DNA of 64,000 nt from a virus (taxonomy: Duplodnaviria; Heunggongvirae; Uroviricota; Caudoviricetes): IMG/VR virus record IMGVR_UViG_3300028534_000514, positions 192,001 through 256,000 of that record; one strand, 5' to 3'. Both the position numbers and the translations under genes were made by a program. Under the pieces are notes generated by a model, which did not search any database, was not told the DNA's origin, and was given only the letters and a program-made list of their open reading frames with translations. Shown here one piece after another: positions 1 through 9,584 of this stretch (positions are counted from its first letter, which is position 1; the number at the start of each line of letters is the position of its first letter).

Positions 1-3
1 TGG

Positions 4-999
4 ATGGGTGATAGAATAAGAGATATAGCAAGATTAACTAGGAATATCTACACATTTATGGTATATATTCTTGTTACCCCGGCTACCTTTTTATTAGGAA
101 GTGGTTCTCGAGCAGCTGATGCATATCTAGCCGCTTATGATGGACGAGCTCCCACTGGAATTAACCCGAGTCTTAGAAAATTCTATGATTTTATTGAATC
201 GGTTACCCCGGTAAATTATATATTTAAATTTTTAAATAAAGACTTATATGATGTTGCTGTTTTACTCAAAAAAGTAAATAATTTAGAAGACGATTATTTA
301 CAAGATATCATGAAAGAAATGAAATCAGATCCAAATAAAATTATCAAAAAATGTTGGGATAAAAACAAGCATCAGTTAAATGTTAGTAATCCATCAGAAG
401 CTAAAATTGGCGATTTAATGACTCATCTTTTTAACGGTAAAGGTCTAGCCAATTTCCTAAGGGATCCATTTTATAATAATGAAACACAAATCGCACTTAT
501 TTTAAAAGAGGATGCTGCTAATCCAAAATATCAAAAAATGTTTTTTGATTTTAGAACATGTGTATATGAAAAAATATTCGAAATTATTTTAGGATTTGCG
601 AAAACTATATACAGTATGGATGACGCAAGTTATGAAGTAATTAAGGCTGCCAATGAAGCACATAAACAAAAGAACTTCAAAGCCTTCTTTGATCTGAGAC
701 CAAAACAAGAGAATGAAGAAGCTATGTTTAAAATTATGCGGGCCTTGGTTGCTATCGATAGTATAGCTAATGCCCTGGAAAAAAGGAAGGGACATCTGGT
801 TGCAGATAAATATATAGATAAGTTTGTGGATTTTTTGAGACAAAATATAAAACAGGTTTATCAAGAATTGGATGAGATGGCTAATCAGAGAAAATATAAT
901 GAAGATCGCTATAATGAGGATGACCCAACTGATGAAGAAAAAATTGAAGCTATTCAAAAAGAAAGATTTGATGCTAAGAAATCTATTTTTTCATCGTAA
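4..999 (+). CDS. Hypothetical protein, probably virion-associated; may be 5'-truncated
   Basis: 331-aa ORF; frame is open from base 1; lies in the + strand structural block. Confidence 0.75.
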   Translation: MGDRIRDIARLTRNIYTFMVYILVTPATFLLGSGSRAADAYLAAYDGRAPTGINPSLRKFYDFIESVTPVNYIFKFLNKDLYDVAVLLKKVNNLEDDYLQDIMKEMKSDPNKIIKKCWDKNKHQLNVSNPSEAKIGDLMTHLFNGKGLANFLRDPFYNNETQIALILKEDAANPKYQKMFFDFRTCVYEKIFEIILGFAKTIYSMDDASYEVIKAANEAHKQKNFKAFFDLRPKQENEEAMFKIMRALVAIDSIANALEKRKGHLVADKYIDKFVDFLRQNIKQVYQELDEMANQRKYNEDRYNEDDPTDEEKIEAIQKERFDAKKSIFSS

Positions 1000-1029
1000 T
1001 TAATAAATAATTTATAAAAGGAGAATAAC

Positions 1030-1248
1030 ATGGCTGTACAACAGAGCATGGTAATGCGTTCGATGCAAGCAAAGAAAAATGCTGCGTTGGCTGCTATCGC
1101 CGTTTCAATTGCAAGACAAAAAAATGATGTTCTATATCATAAACTTAAAAAATATAGAAAACTTTGGAAAGATACTAAGAATCAAATTGTTCAGAAATAT
1201 GGATCTGCCGCGACGCAGAAGTGGGCTCAGAATCAATCTAAAGGATAG
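1030..1248 (+). CDS. Small basic protein, probable jumbo-phage virion protein
   Basis: SD aaaaggag; 72 aa, K/R-rich helix ARQKNDVLYHKLKKYRK...KYG. Confidence 0.75.
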   Translation: MAVQQSMVMRSMQAKKNAALAAIAVSIARQKNDVLYHKLKKYRKLWKDTKNQIVQKYGSAATQKWAQNQSKG

Positions 1249-1251
1249 AAT

Positions 1252-1779
1252 ATGGAATATGTTGAAAAGAAGATAGAAAAACTTCTATTAGAATTTATAG
1301 ATATTGATCCAAATATTTCTCTAAATGCTGATAATTGGGGTAGTGGAAATGGTCCTTTGGATGCTGATAGTTGGGATAAGGTTTCTAATCCAAATCCAAA
1401 CAAAGTTGGAATGTGGAATTCCCGATTGAGACCAGCTGTGAATGGTATTCAATACGATGAATCCCTACCACTTTATAGAGATTATGAAGCAAATGATTAT
1501 GTAAATCAACAAGGAAAAGTTTTTAGACCACCGCTTGATGGAATTGTAGATCAAGAAAAAACCGATTTATATAAGCAATGGAATAGTCAGAATGATGCAA
1601 ACAACTTTATTCAGGCAAAAAAAGACATTCAAAATACGAATGATTTTATAGATAAAATTAATAAAATTAATAATTCAAAATCTAATAATAACCTTTTGAA
1701 TTTAGGTATAGAAGGTTTAGGCGCGGGTGCTCTTGGTGCTGGCGCCCTCACTTATACAAATAGACAAAAGAAAAAATAA
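1252..1779 (+). CDS. Putative internal head protein
   Basis: SD aagga; N-terminus VEKKIEKLLLE shared with 7569..7970; C-terminal glycine zipper GLGAGALGAGAL followed by a basic tail. Confidence 0.65.
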   Translation: MEYVEKKIEKLLLEFIDIDPNISLNADNWGSGNGPLDADSWDKVSNPNPNKVGMWNSRLRPAVNGIQYDESLPLYRDYEANDYVNQQGKVFRPPLDGIVDQEKTDLYKQWNSQNDANNFIQAKKDIQNTNDFIDKINKINNSKSNNNLLNLGIEGLGAGALGAGALTYTNRQKKK

Positions 1780-2519
1780 TGTCTTTTTTAAAGGATTTTA
1801 GTCCCAAGAGGACAAGAAAAATAAAGAGCGAACCTCAAAGGGATATTCCTGAGGTTCGCTCTGGTCCTGTGCAAGAAATTAAACCAGTACAGAAACCAGA
1901 GGTCACCGAAAAACTACTTGAGCAATATTCGTATAAAGCTGAAAATAAAATAGAAAATGATAAAATTGAAAGTGAAAATAAAACAGAAGATTATTTTCGA
2001 GCAATTGCTCAAAAGGAGCAAAAGGAGCAAAACACTGGCACAAAAACATTTGGGCTACATGAACTCTATTTGCAATGTGAAGAACATCTTATTAATTTTT
2101 TATACGGGCCTCAAGATTTAAAATTTCAGAAGATCTATGAACTCGAGAGAGAATATCTAAATCAAAAATTGGGGATTCTAGCCGAATATAAAAAAGAATA
2201 CTCATTTGGTAGTTTTAAAGATAATTTATATTATTATAGAGGAGAAGTTATTATACCAGAAGAGTATATATCTTTAACTGGCTTTCTAAGAGAATATTTT
2301 CAATTAGAAAAAGTAGCAGTTTTGTATGCTACTGGTGAAATACTTTTAATTAAAACGAAATACTGCAATTTTTGGTTTAAAAATAGATTAGAGACAATTA
2401 TGAGCGGCAAATTAAGATCATTATCCAGAACTGAAATCCAGAATGAGGAAAAATGTTTATCTTGCATATTTAATTGGAACTGTCCTTTTGCCCGAGTTCA
2501 ACAAATGTCTAATGACTAA
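1779..2519 (+). CDS. Hypothetical protein with a Cas4/AddB-like cysteine pattern
   Basis: TAATG coupling to the upstream gene; LYLQCEE plus C-terminal CLSCIFNWNC (C...CxxC-x5-C). Confidence 0.55.
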   Translation: MSFLKDFSPKRTRKIKSEPQRDIPEVRSGPVQEIKPVQKPEVTEKLLEQYSYKAENKIENDKIESENKTEDYFRAIAQKEQKEQNTGTKTFGLHELYLQCEEHLINFLYGPQDLKFQKIYELEREYLNQKLGILAEYKKEYSFGSFKDNLYYYRGEVIIPEEYISLTGFLREYFQLEKVAVLYATGEILLIKTKYCNFWFKNRLETIMSGKLRSLSRTEIQNEEKCLSCIFNWNCPFARVQQMSND

Positions 2520-2539
2520 TAAATTTAAAAGGAAAATTA

Positions 2540-5500
2540 ATGAAGAAGATATCCTTCGGTAGCTTCCCCTTGACGGAAATACAACCAAAAGATAGAAAAT
2601 GTCTCGACAGATATTTAATTAAAACATTTAGTGATAATATTTCAATCAGTGATGCAATTAGAAATTTATCAATGACAAAAAATTTAATGTATATCACACC
2701 TGATGCATTAATGAAAACCTGGTTGGAAAATAAAAATTTTTTTAATGAGGACGATAAAAATCCTATGAGGGATAGAACCTCAAATTCTTTATATGAGCAG
2801 ACTCTTAAAAGAGCTTTTTTTATTTTAAAAGAATTCTATAAAAAAATAAAGAATGCCCCTTTTTATAAAGACTTTGTGTATTATCCAATATACGTTGAAA
2901 AAATTGATAGAATCGATGTTGGCGGCTCGCTTGCAAAAGATAAAATGTATACTGAAATTCAAATGAATTATAGTTTTGTCATTTTATCAAATGACCTAAC
3001 CAAAAATCTTAAAATCGATGAGATACGATATGATGAGAATGCATCATTAAATTTTTTATTTTTATTCGTTGAATTTTTTAGTGGATCTAAATTTGGAATG
3101 TCAATCCATGATTTTAATAAAGATCATTATGAATTTTTAGTTAAACTCTATCAGTTTATTGAACAGTCTGGCAAAGAACCTTTTAAATTGGTACTTGATT
3201 TATATAAATTACTCGGGTTGGTTAAAGAGGCATCTGATGAAAGAAGTAAAGGCCGAAATCCTGGATTAGAATTTACTAATAAAGTAGGAAAAAAAGTTGA
3301 TGAGTTTAGTGCTTCTAATTTGAAAAAGTATAAAGGGATGATTAAACACCAGATTATACCATTAATCGAAAAGAATGCAAGCGCGACTACACTATCTTAT
3401 AGAAATCTTGAATTATATCAGAGAGCATTTATTGATTTAATGGAGGCCATTTTTAAATCTGAAGGGCTTAGTGGGTTATACGATGGAGTAGAACCGGATG
3501 CTGATATTTCTCAGAGATTTAGATACACCTATAATGTTTCAAAATATAGAGAAATACTTAATTTAGCAGAACAGTTAGTTGATTATAATAAATTGAAATG
3601 TGATAAAATTGTAACAAGTGATCCAATTGATTTTGATTTTAAAGTCGAAAGTGGAGAATATACTGTGGATGTTCAAAGTCAGGTAATTTCCCAAAAATAT
3701 CAGGATTTTTTTAAAAATTACGTTTCGAGTATTAATGATTATTTAGAAAATTTAATACAAGCTATTATTATTGGGCTCGATATTCCAAAAAGAATCGAAA
3801 AAAGTTTAAAGCCTCATACAACCTCAATTGGGGTGGATATACAAAAATTAGAGGCAGAACATAGAAAGATAGAAAAAGAAGCAAATACCTTAGCGGCTGA
3901 AATTCAGGATGCATACACTGAAGCAAATAATGCAGCTGCTATTGGGGATGCTAACGCGCAACAAGCATGGTTAGATACAGCAAGCAATCTTGAGGATGAA
4001 TTTGATTTGAGGGTAAGAAGAATGACCCAAATAGATGCTGAAATCCAACAGCGCCGCATATCAGAAGATATTTTAAATAAAGTTCCTGATAATATTAGAG
4101 ATGAATTGTCCTCTGGAGTTAAAATTAATAGTAATACTGATGCTTTTAAAAAGATAAAAGATGCAGTTTTGTCAACCTTAGCAAACGATTTAACTTTTAT
4201 ATATGATGATGGTAAACGATTTTTTACGAATGAGTTAGTTGCTCAAGGTTTTATAAACCTTTCAAAAGATGGGACGACCCCAAATATTTTGGATGGTGAT
4301 GGATTTCAAGAAATAGCTAATAAAGCTAATACCTCGTATCCGGAATTTATCGAAAAAGCCGAAAAAGGTTTTGTAAGAAAAGAACCAAATCCAGATTATT
4401 ATGCAGCACAAGTTGTTAAATCATTACAGGATGGTTTTGATATGATGGCTGAGGATACCATTACTGCTTTAGGTGATAACCTAGCTCCAATTATAAGAGA
4501 AACATTAGCTCATCTCCAAACAAAAATTGTTAACAATCCTAGTTCTAACTCAAAAAAAGATTTAATAGAAGATATTTTTGAGGAAGTTGTTGATATAGCT
4601 CTCGGTCTTAATTTTAAAATTGATAAAAATGACGAGGTAGTTAAAAATTTAAGAACTTTAATTTATAGAAATAGATTTATAAATAATGTTCTTATACATT
4701 TTAAACGTATGTTTAGAGTTCGTCATTTAGATAAAGTTATTGAATTTGATCAGAGTATTTCTCAACTTCACCCATTAATTAAGAAACTACTTAAAAATGG
4801 ACAAGATTGTCAATATTTTAAATCGTTTATTATTGATTTTGATACAGTAATGAGTCTATATAATCTTAAATTTATGGTTGATACTAAAAAGTTTATTTAC
4901 GGGCTAATTAATAAACCTCCAAAAAAATATAATAATGTTATGTCAAAATTACAAGTCGTTTTATTTGAATACCTCGGATTAAAAAATAATCCAGTATGGA
5001 TTATTTCAAAAACAGATGTATTTTTAAGTATGCCCGACGACCTATCTTTGACAAATACTAGTGTATTAAGTAAAATCCCTAAAACAGATTTAGCAAAGGT
5101 ATGTGAAATTAAACCGAGCGACTATTGGAATGAAAATACACTTGGTAAAGTTACACAGATTGGTAATAAAAAATTAAGCGAGCTCTATAAGAAATTAAAA
5201 GAGGCTCAAAGTAATTTGAATACCATTAAAAATAAATCCTTTAGTGGTAAAGATAGTAAAAAGAAAAAAGAAGAGGCTATCAAAAAAGCTCAGAAAAAAA
5301 TCGATGATATTGAAGAGAGAATTGCAAAGGTCAAAGACGAAGAAAAAAATGTAGTTCCTAATGCCTTTTTATTTGCTGATGATGATCCGAACAAGGCAGA
5401 AAAAACTAATTTATTGACAGATGCAGAAAGACAAGATCTTGATAAGAATAAAGAGCAAATGCGGGAAAAACTTTTGAATCTTAATCCTTTTGATGATAAG

Positions 5501-5689
5501 GAAGTAGAGACCATGGAGAAAGCTGCAGAAAGTCAAAAGATCGGGGGAACTCACCCATTCGATTTTATGGATAATGAAGCTCAAGATACCAAAGAAGAAA
5601 AAGACGAAAAAATATATAACCCAGACAGCGAAGAAAAAGCATTTGAAGAATTCTTAAGACGAAGAGAACAATTCAATAAGCGTAATTGA
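2540..5689 (+). CDS. Large hypothetical protein with coiled coils, probably structural
   Basis: 1049-aa ORF, SD aaagga; no recognised catalytic motif. Confidence 0.8.
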   Translation: MKKISFGSFPLTEIQPKDRKCLDRYLIKTFSDNISISDAIRNLSMTKNLMYITPDALMKTWLENKNFFNEDDKNPMRDRTSNSLYEQTLKRAFFILKEFYKKIKNAPFYKDFVYYPIYVEKIDRIDVGGSLAKDKMYTEIQMNYSFVILSNDLTKNLKIDEIRYDENASLNFLFLFVEFFSGSKFGMSIHDFNKDHYEFLVKLYQFIEQSGKEPFKLVLDLYKLLGLVKEASDERSKGRNPGLEFTNKVGKKVDEFSASNLKKYKGMIKHQIIPLIEKNASATTLSYRNLELYQRAFIDLMEAIFKSEGLSGLYDGVEPDADISQRFRYTYNVSKYREILNLAEQLVDYNKLKCDKIVTSDPIDFDFKVESGEYTVDVQSQVISQKYQDFFKNYVSSINDYLENLIQAIIIGLDIPKRIEKSLKPHTTSIGVDIQKLEAEHRKIEKEANTLAAEIQDAYTEANNAAAIGDANAQQAWLDTASNLEDEFDLRVRRMTQIDAEIQQRRISEDILNKVPDNIRDELSSGVKINSNTDAFKKIKDAVLSTLANDLTFIYDDGKRFFTNELVAQGFINLSKDGTTPNILDGDGFQEIANKANTSYPEFIEKAEKGFVRKEPNPDYYAAQVVKSLQDGFDMMAEDTITALGDNLAPIIRETLAHLQTKIVNNPSSNSKKDLIEDIFEEVVDIALGLNFKIDKNDEVVKNLRTLIYRNRFINNVLIHFKRMFRVRHLDKVIEFDQSISQLHPLIKKLLKNGQDCQYFKSFIIDFDTVMSLYNLKFMVDTKKFIYGLINKPPKKYNNVMSKLQVVLFEYLGLKNNPVWIISKTDVFLSMPDDLSLTNTSVLSKIPKTDLAKVCEIKPSDYWNENTLGKVTQIGNKKLSELYKKLKEAQSNLNTIKNKSFSGKDSKKKKEEAIKKAQKKIDDIEERIAKVKDEEKNVVPNAFLFADDDPNKAEKTNLLTDAERQDLDKNKEQMREKLLNLNPFDDKEVETMEKAAESQKIGGTHPFDFMDNEAQDTKEEKDEKIYNPDSEEKAFEEFLRRREQFNKRN

Positions 5690-5744
5690 AAAAATTAACA
5701 AAAAAATAATTTAGGGGCTTTTGCCCCATTAATAGGAGAAAATA

Positions 5745-7556
5745 ATGTTACAGACAAATCTGATTTTTGGTATACAAAAAAAGATTAAAGCGGGTTCTAA
5801 ACATGCTCATAAAATGGGGCTGGTAGAAGAAGCAACTGAGGTTACCGAAGCAAAACAAGAGGTTAAAAATAGCGAGCCTATACTAGAATCGAGTTTTGTT
5901 GCTGGTATTTATCAACAAGCATCTGCAGCTAAGAAAAAAGAAGAATCTAAAAAAACATTGGTTACAGAATCTTTTCATCTTTCGAAAGCTAGAAAAAAAC
6001 TCGAGAAGGATATAAATTACTTTAACTATCTCTATGAAAATTTTGTAGATGAAGTTTTTAAAGATCAATACAAAACTTTACTAGAGAGTGTTTTTGAGGA
6101 CACGATTAGGCTTTATCAGGAATGTGATGTAACCCCTAGGTTAATATCTCCTTCTTTGGATAGTGTCGAGTTAAATGAAAACCAAATAATTGATATTTAT
6201 AAAAATCGTTTAAATGAAACAATTAAAAATAATTATACAAAACCTCTTTTGAGTGGCGAAATCACTGAAATTTATGAAAATGAAATTAGAACCCTTACCA
6301 AAAAATTAATAACCGAAGGTTCTGATTTGGATATGGAACAAGTTCGTGTTTATATGCCATTTGAAGAAACAGTATATCAATTTAATAAAAGTATTCTTGT
6401 TCCTGAGATTGCTGAAAAGAGAGTAGAGGCATTTATGGAATCCATGACACCAGAATATCTTGAGTTTATCGAGGAATCTGCAGAAGATATTCTAAGAATG
6501 ATTGAGAAAAAAATTAAATTATTATCTTCTTTAATTGCTCCTAAAATGTTTGAAAAAGCAGTAGAAGCAGAGGGGGTAGACGCTCCTAAAATGGCCGGAA
6601 TAACCATAGCAGTCGATAAAAATTTTGATGAGGATAATGATTGCGATGATGGAATTTGTCCAGATGAAGTAGCTATTAGTGATCCAGAGGCTGCTGAAGA
6701 AATGGCGGACGAAGAAGAAGCGGAAGAACTAGAAGCTTCAACTGGGGATATTAATGACGTTGAAAATAAAGTACGCGCAGAAATGGAACTAGCAACCGAT
6801 GAAGAAGACCTCGAGGGTGAAGAAGCAGAGGAAGAAGCAAGCGAATCTGCAGCAGAGGAAACAGCTGAACATCCAAATCAACCAGGGGCTGTTGAATTGG
6901 ATATGTCCCTAGAAGATGGTAATCTAGATCCAAATACCGGGCTAGCTGCTAATGCTGATGATGTTGAATTACAAGGAGACGGTAATGATTACGGTATCGA
7001 TCCTTCTGATGGTGCGAAATTACCTGGCGATACAGAAAGCGTCGGGAAAGAAACGGATTCTGACGATATTGGTGACGAAATTGATGAACTTCAAGCTAAG
7101 GAAGAAGTAGATTCTGATGATAGTGAATTATCTGAGGATGAAGAGGAAAAAGAAGAAGTCGAAGAGGGAACAACTCAAGATAAAAAACCGCAGCCTCAAA
7201 ATACTCATGGAAATCGTGGAACAATGCCTAATGGTGGGACTACTCAAGATAAAGGAATAGCAAAAGCTAATGGTGCTAGTAATAGTGCTGGTAGTATGCC
7301 AGGTGGTGGAGTCAAAGATGACAAATCATTATCTAAAGGTCAAGGCGGAGCCCCTAAGTCTAAAGGAACAATGCCTAATGGTGGGACTACTCAAGACAGA
7401 GGTATATCCGGTGCAAAAAATGCTAGCAATAGTAAAGGTGCATCTAATCCAGGAAAAGTAACTCAAGATAAACATCCTGGTAGTCAAGGTGGAGCTCCCA
7501 ATAAATCTGGGTCAATGCCAGGTGGCAGAACAACCCAAGATAAACACCTTTCATAA
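5745..7556 (+). CDS. Putative prohead core/scaffold protein with acidic middle and repetitive basic C-terminus
   Basis: SD aggag; many L/V/I-x-E-S motifs; long D/E-rich tract; about five C-terminal repeats of G(T/S)MPxGxTTQDK. Confidence 0.65.
   Translation: MLQTNLIFGIQKKIKAGSKHAHKMGLVEEATEVTEAKQEVKNSEPILESSFVAGIYQQASAAKKKEESKKTLVTESFHLSKARKKLEKDINYFNYLYENFVDEVFKDQYKTLLESVFEDTIRLYQECDVTPRLISPSLDSVELNENQIIDIYKNRLNETIKNNYTKPLLSGEITEIYENEIRTLTKKLITEGSDLDMEQVRVYMPFEETVYQFNKSILVPEIAEKRVEAFMESMTPEYLEFIEESAEDILRMIEKKIKLLSSLIAPKMFEKAVEAEGVDAPKMAGITIAVDKNFDEDNDCDDGICPDEVAISDPEAAEEMADEEEAEELEASTGDINDVENKVRAEMELATDEEDLEGEEAEEEASESAAEETAEHPNQPGAVELDMSLEDGNLDPNTGLAANADDVELQGDGNDYGIDPSDGAKLPGDTESVGKETDSDDIGDEIDELQAKEEVDSDDSELSEDEEEKEEVEEGTTQDKKPQPQNTHGNRGTMPNGGTTQDKGIAKANGASNSAGSMPGGGVKDDKSLSKGQGGAPKSKGTMPNGGTTQDRGISGAKNASNSKGASNPGKVTQDKHPGSQGGAPNKSGSMPGGRTTQDKHLS
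7218..7396 (+). repeat. 32-bp exact direct repeat inside the C-terminal repeat region
   Basis: ggaacaatgcctaatggtgggactactcaaga at 7218-7249 and 7365-7396, 147 bp (49 codons) apart. Confidence 0.9.
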
Positions 7557-7568
7557 GAGGAGATTAAT

Positions 7569-7970
7569 ATGAATATAAATGTCGAAAGAAAAATAGAGCA
7601 ATTATTAACCGAAGCCGATGCGCCTAGATTATTATCGGGTTACCATCCTTCGCCTGCTGCTATTGAGGCCGTCAGCAATGCGAGAACAATCAATGATCGG
7701 AATTCCTTTGATTCCTTTGACAGTAGGTTCTTAAATACACATGGAATTACAGATCCAATCCCAGGCTCTAAATTAATGCCTGTTAATCATTTTTATGGCC
7801 CACCCGAAGAAATAGAAAATAAAGTTTCTGCGATACGTGGATTTATTGGTGATAAACCAGCTGATCATATTTTGAAAGGTGTAATGAATAAACTAAAAGA
7901 GCAAGATAAGCTTTATGGTGACGTGAATGATAATACCGCCGAAGCTTATATGCAGCTTACGGGCCAATAG
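7569..7970 (+). CDS. Putative internal head protein
   Basis: SD gaggag; N-terminus VERKIEQLLTE resembles that of 1252..1779. Confidence 0.7.
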   Translation: MNINVERKIEQLLTEADAPRLLSGYHPSPAAIEAVSNARTINDRNSFDSFDSRFLNTHGITDPIPGSKLMPVNHFYGPPEEIENKVSAIRGFIGDKPADHILKGVMNKLKEQDKLYGDVNDNTAEAYMQLTGQ

Positions 7971-8088
7971 ATGGAAACACCTTTTATAGAAAGTTAAGAA
8001 GTAATTGGTTATAATGTTGTATTGGAAGCAAAGATATAAATTATTATAGACTTTGCTCCAACAACACAATAATATCCAGGAGATACAT

Positions 8089-8295
8089 ATGGCTAGGTTG
8101 ACCAATGGTGAATTTATAAAAAAGCAGATTTAATTCATAGTGGCAGATACAATTACTCTCAAGTTAGATATAAAAATTCGCATACTAAAATTAAAATTAT
8201 TTGTCTCGAATATGGGATTTTTATGCGACGCCAGCACACTCACCTCTATCAAAAACAGGATGTCCGAATTGTGCAATTAAAAAAAATAAATTAAG
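8089..8295 (+). pseudogene. Frameshifted remnant of a DUF723-type zinc-ribbon module found in phage homing endonucleases
   Basis: SD aggag + ATG; across frameshifts it reads MARLTNGEFIKK / ADLIHSGRYNYSQVRYKNSHTKIKIICLEYGIFM / TP...KTGCPNC. Confidence 0.75.
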
Positions 8296-8303
8296 GGATA
8301 ATT

Positions 8304-9506
8304 ATGAAATTAACTGAACAACAACGAAAAAAACTCCCACCGGAACTTCGAGTAATTTTAGAACGTTTTAATCATGAGCCACAATTGCTTATGAAATTAA
8401 AACAATATCTAAGTTTGGCCGCTCAGAAGATTGTTCAGCAATCTTTGAATCACGATACCTTCTGCGATTTTTTCCAACCACCTAATAAATTACCAGGTGA
8501 GTTACTCAAGTTATATGGACTAACATCAAAAGAATTAAAAAATGCATTACGTAAAGTAGGATTTGATGAGAGGAATGCTATGTACGATAGCACGTACTAT
8601 CAAACATTTGTAATTGCTTATCTTATTGGATTGGAATTTGATGATGAAAATATTCGAAAACTAGCTCTTCTTATGATAGCTATTAGAATTTGGAATGGAA
8701 GAAAGAAAAAATCATTTCCTAGTCATTGTGATCCCGATATAGCTAGATATGTTTTAAATTATGTGCTACAAGGTAATCATACTCTAAAAAAAGCTGGCTC
8801 GGCATTCGAGTATATTGATCAGTATAGTATTCCTCAAATTGATAAAGTTTATAAAGAAAGAATTGCTGATAATCTTGATAATGATAGAGAGGGGTTGCGT
8901 AAACTTATCGAAACTATATGGTCAAGATATGAACAACTTTTTAGAAGTATACGTAACGCATATTATCGAACTCATAAAGAAGGTAAAAAAGAGATCATTT
9001 CAGATAAATATTCGCAGCAATATGGAAATGGAGATATGGTTGAATCAAAAGAATCGTTTAGTGGAAATATTGAAAGATTAATTGATAAGATTGAAAAAAA
9101 TGCTATGCTTAAGAAAAACGTTCTAATTAAACCAGAGGCGATACAAGTATTTAAAAATAGATTTAATGTCAGTACTGCTGGAATACAAAAGATCAATGAT
9201 TGGGTGGAAGATGAAGAAAATCAGGACGAACTTAAATATTTTTATGAATTGGTATTTACAACTCTAAAACCAAAAACAGAACAGGATATTTGTCAGTATG
9301 ATGTTCAGAATTTAGCATATAAAGTTACAGGCGCTAAAAAAGATCCGAATCTTTTAAAAGCCAAAGAAATTATTAATCATACCTTAGAAGAAATTCTCGG
9401 TGAAAAGTATCGAACATTGGGGTCACAATCATTATATGGTTATAGACCTCTTATCGCATACGCATTTATTATTTACGCAAAGATTATGCTTTGTAAAAAA
9501 TTATAA
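8304..9506 (+). CDS. Helical hypothetical protein
   Basis: 400-aa ORF with SD aaggga, followed by a terminator. Confidence 0.8.
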   Translation: MKLTEQQRKKLPPELRVILERFNHEPQLLMKLKQYLSLAAQKIVQQSLNHDTFCDFFQPPNKLPGELLKLYGLTSKELKNALRKVGFDERNAMYDSTYYQTFVIAYLIGLEFDDENIRKLALLMIAIRIWNGRKKKSFPSHCDPDIARYVLNYVLQGNHTLKKAGSAFEYIDQYSIPQIDKVYKERIADNLDNDREGLRKLIETIWSRYEQLFRSIRNAYYRTHKEGKKEIISDKYSQQYGNGDMVESKESFSGNIERLIDKIEKNAMLKKNVLIKPEAIQVFKNRFNVSTAGIQKINDWVEDEENQDELKYFYELVFTTLKPKTEQDICQYDVQNLAYKVTGAKKDPNLLKAKEIINHTLEEILGEKYRTLGSQSLYGYRPLIAYAFIIYAKIMLCKKL

Positions 9507-9509
9507 TTT

Positions 9510-9540
9510 AAAGGATGGAGTCGTACGACTCCATCCTTTT
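9510..9540 (+). terminator. Intrinsic terminator
   Basis: Perfect palindrome aaaggatggagtcgtacgactccatccttt ending in a T run just after the stop at 9506. Confidence 0.8.
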
Positions 9541-9584
9541 CCTGTTGAACAAATGCTTACTAAATATAAAAAGGAAAGATTATT

